Of a stretch of 64,000 nucleotides of DNA, positions 10,116 through 22,160 are shown piece after piece. The stretch covers positions 25,918,001 to 25,982,000 of the forward strand of contig CM075987.1 in the NCBI GenBank assembly GCA_038087875.1. The letters run 5' to 3'. Numbering within the stretch: position 1 is the stretch's first letter; every line of letters starts with the position of its first letter. Both the position numbers and the translations under genes were made by a program. Under the pieces are notes generated by a model, which had not been told where the DNA came from, ran no database searches, and saw only the letters and a program-made list of their open reading frames with translations. This DNA is from Malacoraja senta. Taxonomy: Eukaryota.

Positions 10116-12835
10116 AACTACAATTTAACAGATCATTTTTAATGTCAGTGTTCCAAAACCTTGTTCTGGCTGCACTTCACACCCACCACCCTCATCTTTG
10201 GACACCCTGTGCGTAGGGGAGAGGGTAGGGCTGAAGATGTCTCCTGGGCCTGGCCAAGGCGGAAGAGGGCTCCGGCTGGCTGCCTGCCCCTTTTTTCCGG
10301 GGTTACGTCCGCGCCTCGGTGGTGTTAGAGAGGGACTACCCGCTGTCTACGGGAGCTCTGGGGGATTTCCGGGACCGCTGGGCACCGCGGGGGTGGAACG
10401 CACCCATAACAAGGATGGGGAAATAATAATTGAAGAATATTTGGTTTAACTTGTGCTATGGTGATAAGTTCCATTTGAATCATTTAGTATTGTACATATT
10501 ATTGTAAATAATTGAATCAATTCTTTTTGGTTAAAACATTTTTTTAAAATTATAAAATAAAATTTGAATTTCACATTGTCCTGAAGGCAGTTCCTAAATG
10601 AAGATTCCTCCATCGTCAATCTCCACATGTGGAAACCTACTGAAGTATTTAATCTCTCAGTACACCAAGCCGATCTGCCATCTGCTACTAATTAAATATT
10701 AACAAATATGTTGTTAAAAAAAAAAGCCATGATCTTCATTATTAACTAGCTGGTCTGAAAAATGATCTGGAAGCTCAGGAGATCCTTTGATAAATGACGG
10801 CATGGTGGCACGGTGGCGCAGCGGTGGAGTTGCTGCCTCACAGCCCCAGAGTCCAGGGTTTGATCCTGACTATGGATGCTGTCTCTACGGAGTTTGCACG
10901 TTCTCCCCCTGACCTGCGTGGGTTTTCTCCCGTGATATTCGGTTTCCTCCCACACTCCAAAGATGCACAGGTTTGTAGGTTAATTGGCTTGGTATAAATG
11001 TAAATTGTCCCTAGTGTGTGTGAGACAGTGTTAGTGTGCGGGGATCGCTGGTCGGCGCGGATTTGGTGTTTCCGCGCTGTATCTCTAAACTAAATAAACC
11101 AAACAAAGTCTAAAGAAGGGTCTCGACACGAAACGTCACCCATTCCTTCTCCCCAGAGATGCTGCCTGTCCCACTGAGTTACTCCAGCATTTTGTGTGTA
11201 CCTACAAACTAAACAAAGTGCTGGAGTAACTCAACGGGTCAGGCAGCATCTCTGGAGAACATGGATAGGTGACGTTTTGGGTGGGGACCCTTCACTGTAT
11301 TGAGATGGGATTGAGAGGGTTGTAAACTGGAAGGGAATCACCCCAAAGACCTAGGCAAGCCACACGTTATCCTAACTCGAATGCATCTGGCCAATCTTTC
11401 ATAGTTGCAAAGCTACCATTGTGATAGTGGCTTCGGCGCATGCACTGCAAAGCATCATGAGAAAGCCTGACCATTAATTTCCCAAATTGCTAATGGGTTG
11501 GATGGTAAATTCTGTCTGTGGTATCAATGGCAGCATTCCCTAAGAGTGAATCTTTAATTTAGTATTAGTTTAGTTTAGAGATACAGCACAAAAACTGGCC
11601 CTTTGGCCCATCAAGGCCGCAACAAGCAGCGATCCCCACACATTAACACTGTCCTACATACACCGGGGGACAATTTTACATTCATACCAAGCCAATTAAT
11701 CTACAAACCTGTGCGTCTTTGGAGTGTGGGAGGAAACCGAAGATCCTGGAGAAAACCCACGCAGGTCACGGGGAGAACGCACAAACTCCGTACAGTCAAG
11801 CACCCGTAGCCAGGATCTCGGTCGCAGTAAGGCTGCAGCTCTACTGCTGCACCTCCGTGCCACCCATTGTATTAGATTAGAAAAATGAGGAAAGAATCTT
11901 TGGAAAACAAACTGGTATTCCAAAATGAAAACTTCTCAGCCGCAAACATTATTTCTGTTTACATGCAATTATCTTTTGTTTGTTACTCTGAACAAAAGAA
12001 GACCAGTTGTGATCGGCACGATGAATAATAAAGCAGCCAATAACATTAGCCTTCTTTACAGGCCGAGGTTTTAACTGCATTCCATTAGTGTACTGAACTC
12101 GACCAGCCACCTCGGTAAAAAAAAAAAGAAAATTACATATTGATTTATTCGTCCTAAGTCGCTTTGTTAAGGCTTCATGATTTTTGAGGCCATGAACAGG
12201 CCTGTGTGATTTATCCAAAAGTCTCTGTGGAATTAACTTATTTACTCAAGAAATGCTTGCCCTGCCTCTTGTGAATTGAAGAACCTATGTTGCGTAGTCA
12301 GTCGTCGTTATTATAGATCATGATTTCAGAGTCTGAATGGATTTGGACAAACAAGTCGTGACTGCATGGCAACAATAATTGTTGAACACGTTTCAAGTTA
12401 TCAACTTTCCCCGTGTCACTAAATTACATTTCCAGTCATTTTTCTAGCTCCGTGCATCAATTAAGCTAATACAACAGATTAGAAAAGAGTAGGCTTCAAT
12501 ATTTACTTATTGTATGTTTTAATGGGGCATTGAAGTTTCAATGGCATGAACTGAATCTCAATGACTCTGTGCTCATTTATACAGATTCATTAACTCAACC
12601 ACTCAACACTTTCTCCTCCTTGACCTGCCTGTGCTTGACTTTCTGTTCCGGCTTTTGTTGAAATTTGCACATTTCTTTTGCATTTAGCTACGCAACAATC
12701 AGCAGGGCCTTCATACAAATATTAACAAATAAAATCACAGTGGATGTTAGATTTGAGAGCAGAGGGATAATGATGGGGCACCTGATAATGATGAGGGGGG
12801 GGGGGGCCTCATTGCAACGTACCGAACAGTGCAAG

Positions 12836-13175
12836 TGTGGGTGTGGAGAGGATGTTTCCACTAGTGGGAGAGTCTAGGACTGGAGGTCATAGCCTCAGAA
12901 TTATAGGGCGTTCCTTTAGGAAGATGAGGAGGAATTTATTTAGTCAGAGGGTGGTGAATCTGTGGAATTCTTTGCCGCAGAAAGATGTGGAGGCCAAGTC
13001 AATGGATATTTTTAAGGTAGAGTTAGATAGATTCTTGATTAGTATGGGTATTGGGAGTTATGGGGAAAAGGCAGGAGAATGGGGTTAGGAGAGGTAGATT
13101 AGCCATGATTGAATGGCAGAGTAGACTTGATAGGCTGAATGGCCTAATTCTGCTCCTATCGCCTATGACCTTATG
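12836..13175 (+). mobile_element. CR1 LINE 3' end
   Basis: VERMFPLVGESRTGGHSLRI..FSQRVVNLWNSLPQ..DIFKVELDRFL; (CTTATGAC)n-type tail. Confidence 0.9.
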
Positions 13176-14165
13176 ACCATTATTATACAGGCATTTAGAT
13201 GGACAAGCAGATGGACACAAAATGCTGGAGTAAATCAGTGGGACAGGCAGTATCTCTGGAGAAAAGGAATGGGTGATGTTTTGGGTCGAGACCCTTCTTC
13301 AGGGGAGGGGGAAACTCTCCAGAGGTGCTGCCTGAGTTACTCCAGCATTTTGTGTCTATCTTCGGTTTAAACCAGCATCTGCAGTTTCTTCCTACACATT
13401 TAGATGGGCAAAAGCTGATTAGGGAGAGTCAGCATGGTATTGTACGTGGGAGGTTGTGTCTCACAAATCTGATTGGGTTTTGAAGACGTGACCAAAAACG
13501 TTGATGAGGGCAGAGCTGTAGACATTGTATATCTAGATCTCAGCAAGGTATTCAACTAGGCTCCGTATGGTAGGCTGCTCTGGAAGGTTAGATCGCATGG
13601 GATCCAAGGAGAGATAGCAGAATGGATAGAAAATTGGCTTCATGGAAGGAAGCAGAGGGTGATGGTGGAAGGTTGCTTCTCAGAATGGAGGCCTGTGACT
13701 AGTGGTGTGCCTCTAGCTTCGATGCTGGGCCCATTGCCGTTTGTCATCTACATCAATTATATAGATGAGAATATGGCGTGAATACATGGCATGATTAGCA
13801 AGTTTGCAGATGTCACAAAAGTGTGGGGGGGAATTGTAGATATTGAAGATGGCTGTCAAATATTGCAGCAGGATCTTGATTGGTTTGGCAGGTGGGCTGA
13901 GGAATGGTTGATGGAATTTAATACAGAGAAATGGAAGGTGTTGCAATTTGGGAAGTCTAACATGGGCAAGGCCGACACTGTAAAGGTAGGTCTCTGGGGA
14001 GTGTTGTTTAGCAGAGGGATCTATGAATGCAGGTGCATAGTTCCTTGAAAATGTCATCACAGGTAGATAGGGTGGTCATAAAGGGTTTCAGATCATTGCC
14101 CTTCATCAGTCAGAGTATTGAGTATAGAAGTTGGGAGGTCATGTTGCAGTTATATGACCTCCCGA

Positions 14166-15042
14166 CTGGGTAGGGGGCGCTGCTCTGGGCAGCGGCCATG
14201 TCAGCAGTGCATCAGTTTTTTCAACTTTTTCTTATTTTTTAGTATGTTTTAAAGTATGTATGGTGTGTTTCTTTGTGTGTCTTGTGTGGGGGGTGGTGTG
14301 GGGGGGTAAGGGGGAAACCGCTTCGGTCGCCTCCTCCATGGAGAGGCGACTTTTTCTAGCTCGCCTCCCCCGTGGCCTAACATCAAGGATCGGCGCGGTC
14401 TTTCCCAGAGACGTGCCCGGGGCTTCAGCGGCGGGCGCAGCGTGGACTCTCGGCGTGGAGCGGGTGAGCCCTCGCTGGGGCTCGCTGGAGGGGAACGCTC
14501 CGTTTCGCTGGCCCGGGGCAGCCGGCAGCCTGAAGTCGCAGCCTGAAGTCGCGTTCTGCAGAGCTCCAGCTGGTGCGGCGTCTACAGCCCGGGATCCCTC
14601 GTGGGGGACCCGGGGGAAGAAGAAGAAGCCATCACTGCCGGCCCGCGGCCAACTTCTACAGCGGGGCCGGCATGGACTTACCAACACCCCTGCAGGGGAG
14701 CTTCGACCGCCGGCCCTGCAGTCTACGGTGCTTCTGGCTGCGGCGGAGACTTTAAATCTCGACAGCCGGCCTGCGGCCTACAACAACTTAAAGCCGCGGT
14801 CTCCGGTGAGGAAGAGCCGATCCTGGACTGACTCTGGACTTTGGTCCTGTCCACGGAGGGGAAATGGAGGAGGATTGGCCACATTTTTGTGCCTTCCACC
14901 ACAGTGTTGAATGCTGTGGTGGATGTTTGTGTTATATTTTTTTATTGTGGTTGTGTGTTCTTTATTATTGTATCGCTGCTGACAACCCAAAAATTCCACC
15001 AGCTTGGCTGTGTGGTCATTAAAATACTATACTATACTATAT
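14166..15042 (+). mobile_element. GC-rich non-autonomous retroposon (third tail type), inserted in CR1
   Basis: Shares blocks with 2918-3573 and 5694-6733; ends attaaaatactatactatactat; CTCF-like gggtagggggcgctg at 14168-14182. Confidence 0.6.
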
Positions 15043-15307
15043 TAAACGTCGGTGAGGCCAACTTTAAAGTAATGAGTTTACTTTTGATCACCATGTTGGA
15101 GGAAAGATGTTGTCAAGCTGAAGATGGTGCAGAGATTTACGAGGATGTTGCCAGGACTCACGGGCCTGACCTATAGGGAGCGGTTTATTCCTTGGAGCAC
15201 AGGAAGATGCGGGATGATCTTGTAAGAGGTGTACAAAATCATGAGAGGAATAGATTGGGTAAATACACAAAGCCTTTTGCCCAAAGCAGGAGAATCAAGA
15301 ACCAGAG

Positions 15308-15719
15308 TTTAGAAGGATGAGAGGAAATCACATTGAAACATATAAGATTGTTAAGGGCTTGGACACACTAGAGGCAGGAAACATGTTCCTGATGTTGGGG
15401 GAGACCAGAATCAGGGGCCACAGTTTAAGAATAAGGAGTAAGCCATTTAGAACGGAGATGAGGAAACACTTTTTCTCCCAGAGAGTGGTGAGTCTGTGGA
15501 ATTCTCTGCCTCAGAGGGCGGTGGAGGCAGGTTCTCTGGATGCTTTCAAGAGAGAGCTAGATAGGGCTCTTAAAAATAGGGGAGTCAGGGGATATGGGGA
15601 GAAGGCAGGAATGGGGTACTGATTGGGGATGATCAGCCATGATCACATTGAATGGCGGTGCTGGCTCGAAGGGCCAAATGGCCTACTCCTGCATCTATTG
15701 TCTATTGTCTATTGTCTAT
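15308..15719 (+). mobile_element. 5'-truncated CR1 flanked by a 104-bp direct duplication
   Basis: IETYKIVKGLD..FSQRVVSLWNSLPQ; (CTATTGT)n tail; 15204-15307 matches 15720-15823 with one mismatch. Confidence 0.9.
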
Positions 15720-16123
15720 AAGATGCGGGATGATCTTGTAAGAGGTGTACAAAATCATGAGAGGAATAGATTGGGTAAATACGCAAAGCCTTTTGCCCAA
15801 AGCAGGAGAATCAAGAACCAGAGGCTTAAGGTGAGAGAGGAAAGGTTTGATAGGAACCTGAGGGGTAACCTTTACACACTGAGGGTGGTGGGTGTATGGA
15901 ATGAGCTGCCAGAGGAGGTAATAGAGGCAGGAACTATTACAATGTTTAAGAAACATTTAGACAGGTACATGAATAGGACGGGTATAGAGGGATGTGGGAC
16001 AAATGCAGACAGGTTCAGTTCAGTTTAGTTTATTGTCATGTGTACTGAGGTACAGTGAAACGCTTTTGTTGCATGCTATCCAGTCGGTGGAAAGAAAATA
16101 CATGATTGTAATCGAGCCATTTA

Positions 16124-16480
16124 AGGGCCTGTCCCACTGTACGAGGTAATTCAAGAGTTCTCCCGAGTTTTGCCTGATTCGAACTCGGAGAATGTCCGTA
16201 GCAGGTCTGTAGGAGTTCGTGGATGTCTCGTAGCGGCTCGTACAAGTAAAAAGTAACCATTTTTTTCATCACGAGTATTTTTTTTACTCGTGGACATTTT
16301 TCACAGTGTTGAAAAAACGTCACGAGTCTACCGGATTTCCCGAGTACCTACCGCTACTCGTACGAGCCGCTACGAGGCATCCACGAGCTCCTACGGAACC
16401 GTTACGGACATTCTCCGAGTTCAAATCAGGGGAAAACTCGGGAGAGCTCTTGAATTACCCCGTACAGTGGGACAGGGGCT
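16124..16480. mobile_element. PIF/Harbinger-like palindromic MITE
   Basis: AGGGCCTGTCCCACTGTACG..CGTACAGTGGGACAGGGGCT; long internal inverted arms; TTA/TTG flanks. Confidence 0.8.
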
Positions 16481-19180
16481 TTGATGCGTGAAAAGGGAAT
16501 AACGTTTAATGCAAGGTAACGCCAACAAAGTCTGATCCAGGATCGTCCGAGGGTCACCAATGAGGTAGATATGTAGTATTTCAGCACTGCTCTACGGGAA
16601 TAGTGTTGATGGGGCATGTTGGTGGGGGTGGGCAAGTTGGGACAAAGGGTGTGATTCCACGCTGGATGACTCTATGACCAGGCACAGAATGGGAAATTAG
16701 GTAGAAAGGTGAGACTTGCCCGGCTAATGTAATTCCGTATGTAAGTGGACCAATGCAGGGCAGCAACACCATTGAAAGCATGGCCACAGATCTTAAACTC
16801 ATTTTAATATGTAAACAAAATTAATCAAAGACCTTAAAAGCCTTAATCCACAATGAGACTAAGCCTAAAGTAAGTGGGGAAGAATCCATAAGTCAAAGGG
16901 AATACATTAACTGCGAGAGTGACAAACATGAGTCATGAAAATAGAATGAAAGAAGGTAGACTGAATATCAATACAACGAGAAAGGTCTTGCAGTCTGTGT
17001 GAAGCCGAATTAAGTATAAGAACATATAAGTTCAGGACATGATTTCAGATCAATGGATTTACAAGATTAAGTTAAATCCATAACTAGCTTGTGAAAATAA
17101 GTTCATGAATTCATGATGAACATTTTCAGAAACGGACATCAATTTAAACTTTTTTTTTTTAAACATGCAAAATCCATTATTTGCTTTTTTAAAAATATAA
17201 ATGTGATCTCCCGGTTGCCAAACACTTTAATTCCCCTTCCCATTCCCACACTGACCTTTCTGTCCTGGGCCTCCTCTACTGCCAGAGTGATGCCCAATGC
17301 AAATTGGAGGAACAGCACCTGATATTTTGCTTGTTTCACTGTCGTCCTGTTGAGTTACTCCAGCACTTTGTGTCCATCCCCGGTTTAAACCAGCATCTGC
17401 AGTTCCTCCATACTCCTCTGTATTTTCCCCTGTCTAGTGATGCACATATCAGTAATTAAAAGGATCCCAGCCAAATACAAGGTGCAGCATCATTCAGAAT
17501 TATACAAGTTGAAGATTTTATTTTAACTAACATTGACATTGACATTATCTATTTCATACCACACCCATCACTGACAATATTTCAAATTGGGTGTAAAATC
17601 AGGAAGTGCAAGTAAAGGGAAAAAGTGTAGAGGTGATGGGAAGATGTGCGACAGAAAGTTATGCCTAACAATGCCCTGTAGATAAAGAGGCTGAGGTACA
17701 ATGGAAAATAGACACAAAATGATGGAGTAACTCAGCGGGTCAGGCAGCTCCTCTGGAGAAAAGGAATAGGTGACATTTTCGGGGCGAGACCCTTCTTCAG
17801 ACATTGGCCCTTGTGGCATTACGCTGAGATTGGCTTGAAAAATCACATCTGCTTGCTTCCATTATAGAGAATAAAAACTGTAGTCTGAAATAATTTTGGC
17901 AAGGATTGCTTTAAATATCTCATTGCTAAATTATTTACTGTGTAATATTATGGAATGATTTACGTTTAGTTTAGAGATACAGAGTCGAAACTGGCCCTTT
18001 TGACCCACCAAGTCCGCGCCGACCAGCAATCCCCGCACTTTAACACTATCCTACACACACTAAGGACAATTTTTACACTTATACCAAGCCAATTAGCCTA
18101 CAAACCTGCACGTCTTTGGAGTGTGGGAGGAAAATGAAGATCTCGGAGAAAACCCACGTGGTCATGGAGTGAATGTACAAGCTCCGTAGAGTAAGTTGGG
18201 AGAAAGAGAAAGAGAAATATGAAACAATCATTTTTTCAGAAGAGCTGAATTGGGAAGTGTGCTTAGTAACTTTTAAAAAACTTACCGTGAAAATAAACTA
18301 TTTTTTACATTTAATTTTCAGAGCCAACCCGCGTCTATCCAATACTATATTGGAAAATTCCAATTCATGTATAACCTCACGGACCCTAATTCCTTCCTAT
18401 ATTCCAGAAAACGCTGCACACCAATTTTTAATTTAGTTTAGTTCAGAGATACAGCGCAGAAACAGGCCCTTCGGCTTGGAGAGAGTGGTAATGCCGAGGT
18501 TACTTGAAGTTAGAGAAATCAATCTTCATGCCACTGGGTTGTAAGGTGCCCAAGCGAAATAAGAGATGCTGTTCCTCCAATGTGCATTTAGCCTCACTGT
18601 ACACCAGTTATCCACTCCTTTCTGCACTCTTTTTAGCTTCATGGAAACTTTCCAGTAGTAGGGAACCAAAACTAAACACAATGATACAAATTAATTAGAC
18701 CTTGGTCTTGTCACATAAATATAACATCCCAAATTCTATATTCAATACCCTGACTGGTGAAGGAAGGCTAATGTAACATAAGCCTGCTTAGTTTAGTTTA
18801 GTTTAGTGATACAGCGCAGAAACAGGCCCTTCGGCCCAAGTCCGCACCGACCAGCGATCCCCGCACACTAACACTATCCTACACACACTATGGACAATTT
18901 ACCATTTTTACCAAAGCCAATTAACCTCCAAACCTGTACGTCTTTGGAGTGTGGGAGGAAACCGGAGCACCCGGAGGAAACCCACGCAAGGTCACGGGGA
19001 GAACGTACAAATTCCGTACAGACAGCACCCGTGGTCAGGATCGAGCCTGGGTCTCTGGCGCTGTGAGGCGACAACTCTACCGCTGCGCCACCCCGTTTTT
19101 TCCTGAAAAGTAGAAAGTAAGAAACAAGTGTATTTTGCCGCAGGGTAAGATTTATTGGTAAGAAGCCCGGCTTCACTTAC

Positions 19181-19189
19181 TGCAGCAGG
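19181..19189 (-). other. Candidate 9-nt microexon
   Basis: Minus strand AACTAAATCCTTTTGTTCCAG|CCTGCTGCA|GTAAGT. Confidence 0.3.
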
Positions 19190-20950
19190 CTGGAACAAAA
19201 GGATTTAGTTCATGTTCATGAATAGGTTATGACTTAGCCTGTATCCTACAGCAGTTGGCATGTCATAAATTAAACATCTATGAAACAAAACGACAAGCTA
19301 ATAGACCATCATATGAGCTATGAATTTGAAAACATTTTAGTACTTGAAAATACATATGATAAATGTATAAAATGTAAGCACAAAAGATGGAAGGCTGTCG
19401 CTCAAAGCAGTCCTTCCTAAAACGATACTGTGGCTGCAGAGAGGTCTGTACCTCGCCCATTGAATTAGACTCAATGAAGCATCTTGCATTTTTATCATTG
19501 AACTTAATACAACTTGCTTGAATGCAGTGAATGCCAATCAAGCAGGAGATGAGAGAAGCTTAAAAATACAGCGTGGGACAAGGTTCTTTGGCCCACCGAG
19601 TCCATGCTGACCATCGGTCACCCGGAAACTGGTTCTGTGTTATCCAGCTTTCATATACTGTACGCTGGCACTTAGAATTTTACCAAAGCTAATTAACCTG
19701 CCAAACCTGCAAGTCTTTGGGGTGTGGGATGAAACCAGAGGGCCCGGAGAAAACCCACGAGGTTACAGGGAGAACGTACAATTTTGACCGAAGCCAATTA
19801 ACCTGCAAACCTGTACGTCCTCGTAGCGTGAGAGGACACCGGAGGACTTGGAAAAAAGCCACGCAGGTCACGGGGAGAACGTATAAACTTCGTACAGACA
19901 GCACCCCGCAGTCAGGATTGAACCGGGGTCTGTGGTGCTGACAAGCAGTAGCTCTACTGTTGCGCCAACCCTGCCACCCGCTATACCAGGAAGTTCAAGG
20001 AGTTGTTGAAAACGTTGTGTAAATGTTTTAATTTTTTTTAATTTTATTTATTAGTACATTACATTACAAACAATTACATTAGTACACATCACGTATATCT
20101 TATTACAATTAATGTACTCCTTCATTTTTTAAAGATAATAAAAAGAAAAGGTTGAAATTAAGAAGAAGGAGAAAGTGAAAGAAATTAGTGTTAGTGTAAA
20201 AGCGTGACGAAAGAAAAGAATAAAGACCCTATAGAAGAGAAAGTTGTGTACAAATTCACGCGGTAAAAACCTGTTGCTGTACCGTGGCTGACATCCAAGG
20301 AGATAGTCGGTGGATCGAGTGCCTGATTTAATGCTTAAAATCTTTTGGCGACATTGATATGACGCCGGCAGTCGCCGAAAATATCGCCAAGTGGGACAGG
20401 CCCTTTAGTTCATATATTAGGTAATGGTTAGGAGTTCCACTCTGCCTTAGTATTGTGGCTTTACATGGGAAAGGTATTCTCCATTTACAACCTTTCACAG
20501 ATCTGTCTCGTTTTCTGGAGCAGCCCTGACAAAAACCTTTGAAATGGTGTTTCAATAGAAACATAGAAAAATACGTGCAGGAATAGGCCATTTGGCCCTT
20601 CAAGCCAGCACCATCATTCAATATGATCGTGGCTGATCATCCAAAATCAGTACCCTTTTCCTGCTTTCTCCCCATATCCCTTGATTCCTTTAGCCCTAAG
20701 AGCTAAATCTAACTCTCCCTTGAAAACATCCAGTGAACTGGCCTCCACTGCCTTCTGTGGCAGAGAATTCTACAGATTCACAACTCATTCTACAGATTTA
20801 ATACAACTGTTGAAGCCATGAGTGAAAAATATGAAGGGCCAACTTGCTCATTATGATTAATATTAAACTTTGCAGTAAAAAACTGAAGAACGGATTATGT
20901 GGAACGGGAGATTCAAGTAGTAGGTGTCAACAGAACACATTTAAGAGTGC

Positions 20951-21282
20951 GCACCTCTTAAGGAGGAATAGCACCTCACATTTCGCTTGGGCAGCTTACA
21001 ACTCAGCGGTATGAGTATTGATTTCTCTAGCTTCAAGTAACTCTTGTTTTCCCTCTCTCTCCGTCCCGCCCCCACCCTAGTTCTCTGACTAGTTTCTCTG
21101 TCCTTATGATTAATTTTACTTCTTGTATTCCTCCTTGTCAACTTCTCCTCAGCTAACAATGTCCCATTCTCAACCCAAAACTTAACCCATTCCTTCTCTC
21201 CAGAGATGCTGCCTGCCCCGCTGAGTTACTCCGGCATTTTGTGTCCATCTTCGGTGTTAGCCAGCATCTGCAGTTCCTTCCT
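20951..21282 (+). mobile_element. Penelope-like 3' fragment
   Basis: HLTFRLGSLQLSGMSIDFSSFK* C-terminus; 15-bp flanking duplication acacatttaagagtg. Confidence 0.8.
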
Positions 21283-21413
21283 ACACATTTAAGAGTGTAC
21301 TGAAAGTGTAAGTGACTTCAGCGTAAGTGACTTCGGCCAAACGAGGGCAGGTGGGACTAGCGTAGATGGGGCATCTTGGGTGGCACAGGCAAGTGGGGCC
21401 GAAGGGCCTGTAT

Positions 21414-22160
21414 CTATAATAATAATAATAATCATTTTATTTACTGGCGCCTTTCTAAAACCCAAGGACACCTTACAATGCATAGAATCACAAAAAAAAA
21501 TACAAAACACATAATCGGAATAACTTAAATATAAAAACACCACAGTACACAAATCAAGGACAGAATTCAATTTCAAGAGCACCAAAAGAAAATAAGAAAC
21601 ACAATTTGAGGGGAGAGCAGCGGCGACCAATTCGCGCCAGCGTCCACTCTCCCCTCCGACCGCCATCTTGTACACGGACTAACAGGCACAACACACAAAA
21701 ATCATCCCCCCACAATGACCACCACTGTGGGGGAAGGCACAATGTCCAGTCCCCAACCCAGTTCTCCCCAGAGTCAGGCCCATCGAGGCCACCACAGTTG
21801 CCTCTACGGAGGCCCGATGTTCCTGGCCGTCGGGAGAGTCCTCGGAGCGGCTGGAACGGCCGGTTTCCCAGCGGAGTCGATGGCACCTGAAGCCGACAAG
21901 GCCGCGCCGATTTGGTGCCACGAGGCTCCCGATGTTGGAGTCGGCGCCGCCGCCCGTGGCTGGTCGTACCGCAGCCCCGCAGCCCGGAGGTGTTGATGTC
22001 GGCGGTCACCACATACCGGAGCTCCAGCGCGTCGATCCAGCGCGGCGACCCAGGCAAGGAATCGCCCGCTACGCTCCGCTCCACGATAGCGCTCCGGCGC
22101 TGTGCCGCCACCGAAGCTGAAGGTGCTGGGCGGTCCCCATCAGGAAAACGGCGCTCCAAG
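21414..22160 (-). mobile_element. GC-rich retroposon with L2-type tail, 5'-truncated
   Basis: Reverse-complement homologue of about 5930-6733. Confidence 0.7.

Larger units (their letters stand above)
13410..16015 (+). mobile_element. Degenerate CR1 LINE ORF2 (RT region to C-terminus) interrupted by two younger insertions
   Basis: ISKFADVTKV, LQQDLD..WAEEWLMEFNTEK, RVVGVWNELPEEV motifs; inserts at 14166-15042 and 15308-15719. Confidence 0.85.
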
